From Mobula hypostoma (lineage: Eukaryota), in NCBI RefSeq assembly GCF_963921235.1, contig NC_086108.1:4836001-4900000 (forward strand): a DNA stretch of 64,000 nucleotides. The letters are read 5' to 3'. The notes under the pieces are model-generated. The model ran no database searches. It saw only the letters and a list, made by a program, of their open reading frames with translations, and was not told where the DNA came from. The translations under genes were made by a program, and so were the position numbers. Positions 34,551-48,019 of this stretch are shown here, in pieces; within the stretch, counting starts at the first letter, position 1; the number at the start of each line of letters is the position of its first letter.

Positions 34551-35381
34551 CAGTGGATTCTATTCATTGGGTCATCGGTTAGTCGGGGCAGCCACTTATT
34601 TCAGACAACTCTTAAAGAACAAAAGCCTATCAAGAAAATAGCCAGGATTCCCTTTGTTTCTTTGGGACTCTATGCCGCTTAATTGATAAAGGAGATTGTT
34701 GCCAACGTTTCTAACTAGGGTCAGTCATGTGCACTTGTGTGGTCACTGAACAGTACACCGTTCTTAGAGGGAACAGTTTGTAAATAGCATCAGTTCATGT
34801 GCATATGTTCAAAAAGCAGTGATTTATATCACTGATAGTTGGCAAGAAATCAGCAGCAAGACAATTCAGAACTATTTTGCTCACTGCGATTTCAAGCATT
34901 CAGGCTTGGAGATACCAGGAATGATCAGGAGTGAAAAGGAAATGATTTCACTACTTCAAGTAAGGACCAATGAATAATTTGAAGGTATCAACAATTATCT
35001 TGAATGATAAAATGAAAATGAATATTTGGAAGAAGCAATTGTCAAAAACATTGTATGAAGGCAATCCGTTATTTGCACTGGGTGTCGTGCTGATTTTGTT
35101 CATATACAGTCAGTCAAAGGAACATAGCAGCGCACACTGGATAAATTCCTCTGTTGATAACTATTAGCAACTAAAACACAGTTTTTTAGTACTGCAGTAA
35201 TATTGTTAGTGTTGTAATTTGTTTTACATTTCATTTAAATACATAATTTGTTACTCAGTTAAACAGTAATTTGTCCTTTTTTTAAATGCGTTTTTGAGTA
35301 CTTCCATGGAACTTCAGCTAATCGGGGTAGCCTCTTAATTAGGCGAAAATGTACTGTGTCCCAATTAACCAGAATCCACTG
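34551..35381 (+). mobile_element. Tigger/pogo-like non-autonomous DNA transposon
   Basis: TA|CAGTGGATTC..GAATCCACTG|TA; internal DSWQEISSKTIQNYFAHCDF resembles the post-DDE motif W..V...TI.NCF...GF. Confidence 0.78.
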
Positions 35382-35384
35382 TAT

Positions 35385-35738
35385 TCCAAAGTCCCTTCCA
35401 GGCAATGAAGTAACTTTGAAAGGTGGTGTTAAAACCATCTAGACAATTTGTGTATAGCAAACTCCCACAAATAACGATACAGAGACACCAAATGAGAAAC
35501 AAATATCGGTCAGAATACCTTGATCTTCCTCAGAATCATGCCTGGATTTCCTTTCAGCCCACCCGAGACAAGAAGACAGGGCTTTAGTTTAACATCTCAC
35601 CCGACGGGTGAGATGTCGGACAATACAAGATTCCCGGAGAGGCACATTGGAGCATCCGCTGAGGTGTTTGTTCTTGGGACTCTGAAGTGGGATGTGAACT
35701 CTTGTAACTTGGAGTGCTGCCTACTGAGCCATGGCTGA
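35385..35738 (-). mobile_element. Ancient Deu-domain SINE (SacSINE1/AmnSINE1-like)
   Basis: Minus-strand head TCAGCCATGGCTCAGTAGG..GTTCACATCCCAC; core gagatgttaaac..; tttgtgggagtttgct. Confidence 0.65.
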
Positions 35739-36884
35739 GGCTTAAGCAACAGCTGGCAAGGGAACAATATGAATTATTGACTACGTAGACACCCCTCACT
35801 CGACGTTGGCAAAATACCAAGCCGCATCATGAATAAACTGTAGAAAGTACTAAATCTAAATACACTCTACATGCCAAAGTCTGCTTCATATTTTAGCCAT
35901 AGTGCTTGCAGTGTGATCATTCTCATGATAGTAAAATGAACAGATGTAAAATGAATTATTACCCTCAGTACGTAAATCAGAGTTTAACAGTGGCAGAGCT
36001 TGAGGTTCAAAAGCAGATCTAAACGAAAAGCTAGAAATCTGAATTTGTGGTCTAAAATATTTTTTAGGTTCAAGTTTATTGTAATCTGACTGTACATATA
36101 TACAACCAAAGGAAACAACGTTCCTCTGGACCACTGTATACCAACAAAACATATATCACACACAACACATAAAACAAAATATTACATTTTGTTTATACTT
36201 GATCTATTTTTAAACGTTTTCAAAGTTCGCTTATTATCAAAGAATGTACGTTTAATACAACCTTGGGATCCATTTCCTTACAGCCAGCCACAAAACCAAG
36301 AAACCCCAAAAGAACCCATTAAAAAAAAGACCATCAGATGCCCAATGTGCAGAGAAATAAAGTAAATCTCGCAAACAATAATGCAAATAGAGTCCATCCA
36401 GTTCATCCATAGTTCAGAGCAGAGCCTCGACATCCTGAACCTTCAGTTTGGCCCAGTGCCTAAAGCATCACCTAAACATTGAGTTCAGTTGCTTCGACAC
36501 GCTCTGGGGCTGGGTCCTGCTGCCTCGACTCGGCCTGCACCCAACCTTTCCAACTCGGCCTGGCGTTTAAATTGATTGAACCTTGGGTCTTCCTTGCTCT
36601 CAGCGACAGGCCCACTGTCTCATCTCACCACAGTTCTACACATCAAATTGCCTCCAAGTCCAAAGGGAAGTTTGAGGCTATTGTTTGTGATGATTTAATG
36701 CATTCAGCATTTTTCATACTGGTGAAGAATTCAGGAAGATAGGGCCTAAGTGTAAATGTCATCCCACTGTAGAATTGCTTTCCCCACACCTTCTGTTGTG
36801 GATTCAGATTTATTTACTTATCACATGTACAAACGTTTGTAAATCGAAACATTGGACGGTGAGGTGGAGATTCATCTCTACATC

Positions 36885-37165
36885 ACAGCCTGAGTACAAG
36901 GACGTCCCTTTACAACAGAGATGAGGAGGAATTTGTTAATCCAGAGGGTGGTAAATCTGAGGAATTCATTGTCACGGACGGCTGTGGAGGCCAAATCATT
37001 AGGTATATTTAAAACAGAGGTTGGTAAATTCTTGATTAGTCAGGGCGTTAAAGGTTACGGGAAGAAGGCAGAAGAATGGAGTTGAAGTGGAATAATAAGT
37101 GATGGAATGGTGAAGCAGACATGATGGGCCAAATGGCCTAATTCTGCTGCTATGTCCTATGGTCT
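36885..37165 (+). mobile_element. CR1 LINE 3' end
   Basis: gagatgaggaggaat..ggcctaattctgc. Confidence 0.8.
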
Positions 37166-37469
37166 AAAACCTAAAGTCGCTGGGGAAACAGTGAATGTCA
37201 ACCCAAGTGCAGAGATGTCTTACATTGGCACACATTCAGCCCATCACATCTGTGCAAGCCTTGGTTGTTGAACACAATTTCCTTGCTCTGGTTACAGGAA
37301 GTGCAGCTTCAAGTGATGAAAAATTAGCTTAAAAGCCCTCTTCCTAAAATCAAACCAATTTTTTTTTTAGCACAGAATAGGCTCTTCCTGTACAATGAGC
37401 TACAGCCCTCAGGAACCCATCTATTTAACCCTAGCTTAGTCACAAGACAATTTCCAATGACCAATTAAC

Positions 37470-38055
37470 TAATAAAGAAGGCAAGACAGTGGCTATATTT
37501 CATTAAGAGTTTGAGATTTGCTTTGTCACCTAAAACACTTGAAAACTTGTACAGATGTACCGTGGAGAGCATTCTGACTGGCTGCATCACGTCTGGTATG
37601 GGGCGGGAGGCACTTCATAGGATCAAGGTAAGCTGCAGAGGTGGAAATTAGCCATCTCCATCATGGATACTAGCCTTCGTAGTATCCAAGACATTACGAA
37701 GAAGCAGAGCCTCAGAAAGACAGAGTCCATCATTAACAACCCACGCCACCCATGACATTCCCTCTTCCCTCTACCATCAGGGAGGAGCTACAGGAGCCTG
37801 AAGACACACACTCAGCGATTCAGGAACAGCTTCTTCCCTCCTGCCATCCGATTTCTGAATGGACATTGAACCTATAAATACTACCTCACTACTTTTTAAA
37901 ATTTCTGTTCTTGCCCTACTTATTTTAACTATTTAATATACATAGATATATATTTGCTGTAATTCAGTTTTTTTCTATATTTATCATGTATTGCATTATA
38001 CTGCTGCTGCAAAGTTGATAGCATATGTGCTGATATTTAACCTGATTCTGATTAA
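37470..38055 (+). mobile_element. Rex1/Babar-like 3' part inserted into a minus-strand V-SINE (37370-38200)
   Basis: SINE ccaattaac resumes as ttaacctactaacc after the (CTGATT)n tail. Confidence 0.8.
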
Positions 38056-39637
38056 CCTACTAACCGATATGGACTGTGGAAAGAAACCAGAGCTCCCGGA
38101 GAAAACCCACATGCTGATGGGAAGAACACACGATCTTTCCTACAGAGGTTGCTGGAACTGAACTCCAGCACTCCGAGCTGTATTTGCGCCGTGCTAACTG
38201 GGGCAGCCTAGTACTAACAACGAAGAGCGACAGGATTTCAAAATGGAATTTGTTTTGTTGTGAAGCAGCCAACCATGAGAATCAACAGGAACCTTGTGTG
38301 TTGTATTTAACTATTGTCTCTGCTCCCTGGCTGTCAAGTTGCGAACTTATTCACCAAGAGAATGAAGGTCAACAGAAACAAAGGGAGTGAAAATGGCTTC
38401 ATCTCAGGAATGCAAATCGTTCAATCCTGCAGCCGATGCCAAGGGCAACACTGAGCATGCCAGGAGCTAAAGCCGTGCGTCAGTCTCCCCATTCAAAGTA
38501 TATTTATTATATGTACGAACCCTGAGATTTGTCTTCCCACAGACAGCACAAAACACAGAAGCAACATAGAATCCGTTCAAGGAAACATCAAACATCCTAC
38601 GTGCAAATGAAATAGAACAAATCAGGCAAACAGCAAAAAAAGCAAAAAACACAGAATATAAAACGTCAAACCCTGGAGTCATTGAAACCCTCCAGGAATG
38701 TTCAGTTTAGCTCAGCTCAGTTCAGTTCATCACTGTGTTGTTTGTTGACTGCAGGCCGCAGAGCTCAGTCCGCCCCGATTAAAATTGCACGATAGCAACA
38801 AAATAAGGGAGCAATCAGAAACTAGAAACACATTATAACCTGAACTAGAGCTTCCAGTCCACAAACTATGTCAACTAAACCTTGCCCAAGACCCAAGGTT
38901 TTGGCACCTTCCTCTGCCAGCAGTGAGGGAAGGAAAGAGGAGTAAGAGGGATGGGGAGGGGAATGGGGAATGGGGAGGGCGATGGGGAGGAGGAGAGGGA
39001 TAGGGAGAGGGAGAGGGAGACAGACTGGGTTCATACGCAAACAGATGGTGCTGAACACCCGCTCACCTTCTGCTCTAATTCTCATTAATTTCAATTTTGC
39101 TTGGCGCTTTAATCACCGAGATGGGTGAGATATGGAGTCGATCATGGGCTCACTCGTACCCCATCTCCAGGTTTCTTGGCCTCCCGGCCATACGCTCCAC
39201 TCAAAACTTTGAAACCATGTTAAACAAAGTCACACACAGGCGTTCTCCCTTACGAGAATCCACCCCAACATCCCGGAATAAGTCCTGTGATGATCAACTA
39301 GTAGCGAAGGGGGCAGGATTGTGAGTTTCGGAAGCCCCTAGCATTGGATCATCGTGTCCAGAGGGATCACCATAAGAGTCAGAAACTGCAGCACATGTGG
39401 ATGGCGAAAACCCAACAAGAGGTAAACCCTTAGGAGAACATCAAGCCGGATCCAAGTGACTGCATTTGTACTTGAGCATAACTCCTCACTATCTCTCCTA
39501 AAGAACAAACCTCCTGCCATGTAAACACTCCACAAATTTCAGCCAAATAGAAATAAATCAGTTTCTCGGAATCAATGTTCTTTGCTTTGGTCACCTGTAC
39601 CTCCAACAAATGCACACAGCTTTGAAAGTTCAAAGAG

Positions 39638-40330
39638 GTGTCAAGATCTCTGAGGATCTAACCTGGTCCCAACACATTGATGTAGTCATAAAGAAGGCAA
39701 GACAGCGGCTATACTTTTTTAGGAGTTTGAAGCAATCTGGCATGTCAACAAATGTACTCAAAAACTTCTGTCGTTGTACTGTGAAGAGCATTCTGACAGG
39801 GTGCATCATGTCTGTTAATGGGGTGGGGAGCTACTGCACAGGACCAAAAGAAGCTGCAGAAGGTTGTAAATCTAGTCAGCTCCATCTTGGGTACTAGCCT
39901 ACAAAGTACCCAGGACTTCTTTAGGGAGCGGTGTCTCAGAAAGGCAGCGTCCATTATTAAGGACCTCCAGCACCCAGGGCATGCCCTTTTCTCACTTCTA
40001 CCATCAGGTAGGAGATACAGAAGCCTGAAGGCACACACTCAGCGATTCAGGAACAGCTTCTTCCCCTCTGCCATCCGATTCCTAAATGGACTTTGAAGCT
40101 TTGGACACGACCTCACTTTTTTTTAATATACAGGATTTCTGTTTTTGCACATTTTCTATTCAATATATGTAATTGATTTACTTGTTTATTTATTATTATG
40201 TTTTATTTTATTTATTATTACTGTTTTTTTCTGTCTCTGCTAGATTATGTATTGCATTGAACTGCTGCTCCTAAGTTAACAAATTTCACGTCGCATAGCA
40301 GTGATAATGAACTCCATTCTGATTCTGATT
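39638..40330 (+). mobile_element. Rex1/Babar-like LINE 3' part, same subfamily as 9285-10665
   Basis: GVKISEDLTWSQHIDVVIKKARQRLYF..RKAASIIKDLQHPGHALF. Confidence 0.9.
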
Positions 40331-42077
40331 AAAGTACATATTTGTCACCCTGAGATTCATTTTCTTGTGAACCTTCACAGTAAATACAAAGAAACATAAC
40401 AGTATCAGATAAGAGCCGCACACACAAGCTGGACAAATAACCGATGTGCAAAAGACAACAAACTACAAGTACAAAAACCAATAGATAAATAAATAAATAA
40501 ACAATAAATATTGAGAACATGAGACGAAGAGTCCTTGAAATTCAGTCTATGGATTGTGGGAACAGTTCATAGTGACACAGAGTGAAGTTATCCCCTCTGG
40601 TTTAGGAGCCTGACAGTTGAGAGGTAATAACTGTTTCTGAACCGTTCTTGAAGTTTTCATTAATTTTCAATGCCACTGATAGTTTGTGACACCACTTTGC
40701 CCTTCTAAGGCTCCTGTACTTCCTTCCTGATGGCAGCAACAAGAAGTGAGCATGGCCTGGGTGGTGGTAGTCCTTAATAATGGATGACTAACAGACATTA
40801 AAATCAGACTTTCTGATCCATCTTCCACCACCCTATTGAAGCTAGGTTTCCCAGACACTCAAGTTCTGGGTCAGACTGGTGGAGCTTCAGTACCTCATTC
40901 TTGCATGCCATCCCTTACTACATCCTTAATGAAAGATCTGCTCTTCCTTTCTTGACCTCAAGGCCAGACAAAGAGTCTCAACCCAACACATCAACTGTCC
41001 ATTTCCTTCCCAATATTGCCAGGCCTGTTGAGTTCTTTCAGCATCTACTAATTAACTTCGTTAAACGGTGCCCTCTCCTTGGGTAACAGGTCCATCATTC
41101 CACTCTCTCCTCGTAAAAACCTCATCATTTCAATTGCAGCTTCCAGGTTAGACTATCGTTATAGGTCTACAGGCCAGCCTCCACAATCCCAGCTACCCTT
41201 ATCCAAGCCAGGATCAAAACGTGGAGTTTCTGAGCCAAACAGCCTGCTTCTGTGCTGTGGATATTTTTATAAATCTCATTCATCCGTACATGATTACAAA
41301 TTGTACAGGCGTGGGATAGATCAACCGGTTGAGAGATGTCAGTGATAATCAACCTGTCTCTGGTTCTCATTCACCCATCACTGCATGCTCCATGGAGTTT
41401 CCAATCTATAATTCCCATGGTCCTGTGTCTCCATTTCTCTGCAATAACCTCCACCTACCACTGAATAGCTTTCCTCCTTATTTATCCCACCCCTAGTACA
41501 AGCTTTCAACTAACTATATGGTGCACTCAGAAGCCCCCTAATGAACGTTCAAAGTTCAAAGAACATTTATTATCGAAGTGTATATATGTCACCATGTACA
41601 ACCCTGAGATTCATTTTTAGCAGGCAATCACAGCAGAAGAAAGAAATACACCAGAATCAATGAAAAACTACACACAAGAGTTCCAGAAGAAGGTGACATC
41701 AGCAAACAATGTGACCGAGGGTGACATCATACAGATGGTTCACAAAACTACTTCTTTCACGTCCTCATTTTCTTTCAAATGTGGTCCTACTACTGCTGGA
41801 GCCCATGATCTACATTTTGGTGGTGTGTTATCAGGCCAATTGAGCGATCTGGTGCTTTTCTGTCCCTGATGGGGCTCCAGAAGGCCTTGAGGCCAAAAAG
41901 CCCAGAGACAGGGTGGGAGCTCATGATCAGCTCTATTTCTCACCGATTATAGTACCGAGGAAGACTGCTATTATCGTGGCGAGTGTAGAAGGTGAGCAAG
42001 TGTTCAGTGCCATCTACCCGCCTCCCTCTCACTACTGCTGGAGGAAGGTGGCTGCATGTGACATTCTCTCTCTCCCT

Positions 42078-42227
42078 CTCACTAAGGACAGTTCCTGCCC
42101 TCCCTCACTTCTACTGGAGGATGGTACTGGAGTTCTGGTTTGTGGGCAAGGCCTCACTAAGGACAGTTCCTGCCCTCCCTCACTTCTACTGGAGGATGGT
42201 ACTGGAGTTCTGGTTTGTGGGCAAGGC
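42078..42227 (+). repeat. Perfect 75-bp tandem duplication
   Basis: CTCACTAAGG..GCAAGGC starts at 42078 and at 42153. Confidence 0.92.
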
Positions 42228-42619
42228 TTAATTGAGGCAGTCTGAGAACTGAACTCTGTAGTTCACGTTATGATGTGTTTCTGGTTTCTTGACACTCCTT
42301 CTTGTCCGTTGCTGCTTTGGGCGACTTTGAATTGGAACGGCCTGCAGATGACAAACACCGAGCTGAACCGAACAGGCCTCAACTCTTTTGATTTTGTGTT
42401 TAATATGCTGTGTTTTTTGCTCTTTTTTAAATCCTATATTACACCAATTAAGCTAATTCTGATATCACTAATTTTGATTGCGCATCTTTGCTAGTTTTGA
42501 AATAAAGGTTCGAACGTACTTTTTTCCGACTTAAACTCAGTTATGTGAAGCGTGTCACAGAGTGTTGAGTCCCTCGCTCAGTCCCTCAGCAGTTTTGGTG
42601 TAAACGGTACCCCATGCAA

Positions 42620-42940
42620 ACCTTTCTCTCCAATCAGATGCCATTATCTGTAGACCTTTGCTATATTCACTTCCCATCTCCCAGCCTCTATTGCTGCTTC
42701 TACTCTCTCCTCCTCCATCTGCCTATCGCCCCTCCTCAGCTAGATCCACCCGTCACTTCCCGGCTCTTGCTCCATTCCTTCCCCTCTCCTCTTTATACTG
42801 GCCGTCTCCAGAGCCCCGATGAAGGGTCTCGGCCTGTAACGTCAGCTGTTTATTCCCCTCCATAGGCACTGTCTGACCTGCTGAGTTCCCCCCAGCATTC
42901 TATGTGTGTTACTCAAGATATCCGGCAGCTGCAGAATCTC
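42620..42940 (+). mobile_element. Penelope-like pLTR with decayed hammerhead
   Basis: ccgatgaagggtctcggcctgtaacgtc..ctgacctgctgagttcc. Confidence 0.75.
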
Positions 42941-43247
42941 CTGTGCATGTGGGTGAGAGTCTGATTGATAGATAATTCCAATAATTTCTCTCCTCCCTCT
43001 GCTTTTAAAAAACGAGTGGGGCCTTAACTCTTTAGAGTTAAATAATATCATGCACACTATTACCCTTACAGTATGACACAACACTCCTCTTCATTCCAAT
43101 AGAAGCCAGTGAGTGCAAGATAGCATTCGGTCCCTGGGCAACTACAAAGCAGTTACGGTCGTTTATAAATCCTCCAAGGAACTCTGACTTTGACAGGTAG
43201 CTATGAGCAAGATCATGGAACAATATACCAACCGAAAATAAATAATA

Positions 43248-43880
43248 TAGAAACATCGAAAACCTACAGCACAATACAAGCCCATGGACCCACAATGCAG
43301 TGCCATACATGTACTTACTTTAGAAATTACCTGCGGTTACCCACAGCCCTCTATTTTTCCACGCTTAATGTACCTATCTAAGAGTCTCTTAAAAGACCCT
43401 ATCGTATCCACCTCCACCACCGTCGCTAGCAGGCCATTCCACGCACTCACCACTCTCTGCATTAAAAACTTAGCCCTGACATCTCCTCTGTACCTACTTC
43501 CAAGCACCTTAAAACTGTGCCCTTTTGTGTTAGCCATTTCAGCTCTGGGAAAAAGCCTCTGACTATCCACACAATCGATGCCTCTTATCATCTTACACAC
43601 CTCAATCAGATCACCTGTCATCTTCTGTCACTCCAAGGAGAAAAGGCCGAGTTCACTCAACCTATTCTCGTAATGCATGCTCCCCAATCCAGGCAACATC
43701 CTTGTAAATATCCTCTGCATCCTTTCTATAGTTTCCACATCCTAGTAGGGTCTGACCAGGGTCCTATACAGCTGTAACATTACCTCTCAGCTCTTGAACT
43801 CAGTCCCATGGTTGACGAAGGCCAATACACCACATGCCTTCTTAACCACGCAGTAAACCTACGTAACAGCTTTGAGATCC
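43248..43880 (-). mobile_element. CR1 LINE 3' fragment
   Basis: GDLIEVCKMIRGID..RVVSAWNGL; (TTCTATG)-like tail. Confidence 0.88.
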
Positions 43881-43989
43881 TATGGACACTTAATATATTA
43901 AGTAACTTTTCTTTACACAAAGCTGCTAGTAATAAGATAAATCAACAAGCCTCTGTTTTCTTACCTCGTAGTTTTTCCAGGATGCTGGT

Positions 43990-44761
43990 GAATATTGGTT
44001 GCTCGGGTTGAGGTGTTTGATGTTGCGGTGTTTGCCGAACTTGGCAACGAATCCGCAGACGTTTCATCACCAGTCGAGGTGACATCCTCAGTGCGCAGTT
44101 GTTGGTGTTTCTCTCTGGGACTGCTCACATTTACATAGGCCCCTCCCACCCCCATTCACTTGCCTCAGTCCCGATTAGCTACCTCTTCACCTGACCTTCG
44201 AATTCTACTGGCTCACATTTCTTTGGCTCTTAAGGGTTCATAAGTGGCGTCTATTTTGATATGTTTGTTTATGGAGTTATCAGAAGAGAATCAGAATCAG
44301 GTTTATTATCACCGGCATGTGTCGTGAAATTTGTGAACTCTCAACTCGTTTACAGGAATACCAACTGACAGTACGGAGACACGATCTGCTGTCGCTGATC
44401 TCAGTACGTGACGACCGAGAATGACGCCACTTTAACTGGGACATCACAGAGGTTCTGGAGAGGACAAACACAAAGCAGGAACACAGTTTCTCTTCTCTGT
44501 AACTCTGTAATCAAACATATCAAAATAGGTTCCATCTACGAGCCACTATGAATCACGAGCCAAAGGAACGTGAGCCTAAAGAATTCAAAGGTTAACTGAA
44601 GAGGTAGCCAATCAGGACCAAGGCAAGCAAACTGGGGACTACGTAAACACGAGGACTCTCAGAGAGAAACACCAGCAACTACACATTGAAGGTGTCACCA
44701 TGATGGCGATGAGACAACTGCAAGCTAGCTGCCGAGCTCGGCGAACACTAAACATCAAACC
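43990..44761 (+). mobile_element. Second Penelope-like family (Poseidon/Penelope-type): inverted pLTRs around a GIY-YIG C-terminal remnant
   Basis: 44012-44290 is an imperfect inverted copy of 44490-44761; middle reads TRLQEYQLTVRRHDLLSLIS..HFNWD.TEVL. Confidence 0.75.
44054..44095 (-). ncRNA. Minimal type-I hammerhead ribozyme motif
   Basis: CGCA-CUGAGGA-u-GUCACC(ucgacu)GGUGAU-GAAA-CG-UC-UGCG: stem I, core, stem II and GUC site all present. Confidence 0.7.
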
Positions 44762-45144
44762 ACAGTTCTCTACATCAGACCAATGCAGAGCATTTGACCA
44801 TAATCCCTTCCATTAATGAGGAGAGGATGCTTCATTACTCAGAAGCACTGAGAAAAATCACACTGAGCCAAATACTCAGTATAGAACAGTGAGATCAGAT
44901 TTCTTTAAAAATCAGCAGACAGATATCACACTATTCCTGTATATCACTGCTTCCAAGGCACTGCATTTTAACTCACCATAAATTAAGTAATCCAGAGGCA
45001 ATACACAGTTCAGTTCTTTTAGAAAAACAGGTGTATTCAACTACATTGTTGACTGGTCTAATACATTCCTTTGTCCACCCCTCTTCTATGTAACTCAGTA
45101 TAACTTTGTCTTTGCTATTATTTAGTGCTTTTTCTTATATCAAG

Positions 45145-47155
45145 GACCATAAGACCATAAAATACAGGAGCAGAATTAGACCATTTGGCCAATTGAGTCT
45201 GCTCTGCCATTTCATCATGGCTGATCCATTTCCCTCTCACCCCAAGCTCCTGCCTTCTCCCTGTATCCTTCATGCCCTGACTAATCAAGAACTTAACAAC
45301 CTCCGCCTTAAATATACCCAAACACTTGGCCTCCACAGCCACCTGTGATAACGAATTCCACAGATAAACCACTCCCTGGCTAAAGAAATTCTTTCTTATC
45401 TCTGTTATAAGTGGACGTCCCTCTATTCTGAGTCTGTGATCTCCGATCCTAGATTCCATCACTATTGGAAACATCCCTCCACATCCACACTATTGAGGCC
45501 TAACATTCGATAGGTCTCAATTACGTCACCCCTCTTTCTTCCGAATTCCAGTGAGTAGAGGCCCAGAGCCATCAAATGCTCCTCATATGACAAATCTTTC
45601 AATCCAAGAATAATTTTTTTGAGACTCCTTTGAATCCTTTCTTAGCTAGGGGCCCAAAACTGCTCACAATACTCCAAGTGAGGCCTCACAAGTGCCTTAT
45701 AAAATCTTAGCAATGCATCCTGGCTGTTATATTCTAGTCCTCTTGAAATGAATGCTAACAATGCTTTTGCCTTCCTCACCACCAACTCAACCTTTAAATT
45801 AACCTTTAAGAAATTCTACACAAGGACTCCCAAGACCTTTTGCATATCAGCTTGGTATCAGCTCATCCCTCTGCAAATGGACCTTGGACTTTCTGACTAA
45901 CAGACCCCAATCAGTTAAGTTAGACAACCTCTCCTCCTCCACTCTCACCCTGAACACCAGTGTGCCTCAAGGCTGTGTGCTGAGCCCTCTTCTGTACTCC
46001 CTTTTCACCTATGACTGCGTTCCTGTACATGGTTCTAACTCCATAATCAAGTTCACACAACACCACGGTGGTTAACCTGATCAGAGGGTATGACGAGACG
46101 GCCTACAGAGACCAAGTCCAGCACCTGGCCGTGTGGTGTGCCGACAACAACCTGGCCCTTAACACCCAGAACCCCAAGGAGATCATTGTGGACTTCAGGC
46201 ATGCTAGGAGCCACACTCACATCCCCATCTACATCAAAAGAGCTGTAGAGGAGTGTGTATCAAGCTTCAAATTCCTTGGTGCCCACATTTCCGAGGATCT
46301 CACCTGGTCCCTGAACTCCTCCATCCTGATCAAAAAGGCACAAAAGTGCCTTTATTTCCTGCGGAGCATCAAGAAATCTCACCTCTGTCCCAGGATACTG
46401 ACGGACTTTTACCGCTGTACCATTGAGAGCATACTCACCAACTGCATCTCATTGTGGTATGGCAATTGTCCCGTATCGGACCGCAAAGCACTCCAGTGTG
46501 TGGTGAAAACTGCCCAGCGGATTATCGGCACCCAATTGCCCACCATTGGGAACATCTACCATAAACACTGCCTGGGCAGGGCGAAAAGCATTATCAGGGA
46601 TGCACCTCACCCTAACTATGGACTTTTTACTCTCTTCCCATCCGGTAGGCGCTACAGGAGCCTCCGCTCCCGCACCAGCAGGCACAGGAAGAGCTTCTTC
46701 CCTGAGGCTGTGACCCTGCTGAACCTCACATCACAGCGCTAAGCAGTATTGCACTCATACTGTACTGTCTCAGTACTTTTATATTTGTCATTACTTTTTA
46801 TTCGCAGTTACTTTGTAAATAACACTATTCTTTAAATTTCTAGTTAGATGCTAATTGCATTTCATTGGCTTTGTATCTGTACTCGGCACAATGACAATAA
46901 AGTTGAATCTAATCTAATCTAATATATTCTCTCCATTTAGAAAATAGTTTATGCTTTTATTCCTTCTACCAAAGTGCACGGCCATACACTTCCCGACACT
47001 GTATTCCATCTGCCACTTCTTTGTCCATTCTCCTACCCTGTCTAAATCCTTCTGCAGTCCTTCAGCCTGCTCAACACTACCTGCCCCTCCAGCTACCTTC
47101 GTATCATCTGTAAATATAGCCACAAAGCCAGCAATTCCATCACCCAAATCATTGT
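45145..47155 (-). mobile_element. CR1 LINE fragment split by a Rex-like insertion
   Basis: 3' part 45145-45850; RT part 46925-47155 (FTDDTKV..LQKDLDRVGEWTKKWQMEY..KC..H.G). Confidence 0.85.
45852..46922 (+). mobile_element. Rex1/Babar-like LINE RT region, (AATCT)n-tail family
   Basis: [25 protein letters not shown], a frameshift near 46055, then the 224-aa ORF 46068-46742. Confidence 0.92.
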
Positions 47156-48019
47156 CAAGTTAGCATCTCACAGGTTGGCACAGTAGTATAATGGGTAGCA
47201 CATCACTTTATTGAATTGAATTGACTTTATTTCTTACATCCTTCACATACATGAGGAATCAGAATCAGGTTTATTATCACCGGCGTGTGACATGAAATTT
47301 GTTAACAGCAGTAGAGTGAAAATTTTTATGTTACGTCTCCATCTAAATGTGCAATGTGCAATCATAGTAATTTATAATAATTTATGATAAATAGAACAGT
47401 CAGTGTAACATAGAAATACACTCAAATCAATCTGATGACCTAGTGGAAGGAGCGGTCTCAGAGCCTGTTGGTCCTGGATTTGATGCTATGGTACTGTTTC
47501 CTGGATGGTTGTAGCTGGAATAGACCGTGATTGGGGCAACTCCGGTCCCCAATGATCCTTCAGACCTTCTTTTCACACCTGTCTTTGTAAATGCCAGCAA
47601 TCACTGATCAGGGTTTAATTCTGCTGCTACCGGTAAGAAGCTTGTACGTTCTCCTCATGAGACTTGTAGGCTTCAGAAGGGGTAAGACAAGGGCACACAC
47701 ACCAGTCCTCATTGAGCAATCAGAAGTGGAACAAGTGAGCAATTTGAAGCTCTTGGGCGGCAACATCTCTGAGGAAAAAACTGGGCCCAACATATTGATG
47801 CAGCTACAAAGAAGGCACATCAGTAGCTATACTTCATTAGGAGCTTGAGGGGATTTGGTATGTCACCAAAGACACTCACAAATGTCTACAGATTTACTGC
47901 AGAGAGCATTCTAACTGGCTGCATCATTATCTGGTATGGGGCGGGGGCGGGGTACAGTCACCTCTGTCATGGGTACTAGCCTTCCCAGTATTTATTTTTT
48001 TAAATCTTACATCTGTGCC

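Noticed and set aside
43960..44010. Minus-strand splice donor GAG|GTAAG
   Set aside because: The upstream sequence is the Penelope pLTR tail and no acceptor is evident
46068..46742. 224-aa ORF as a functional gene
   Set aside because: 5'-truncated LINE RT C-terminus with a frameshift through the FADD motif
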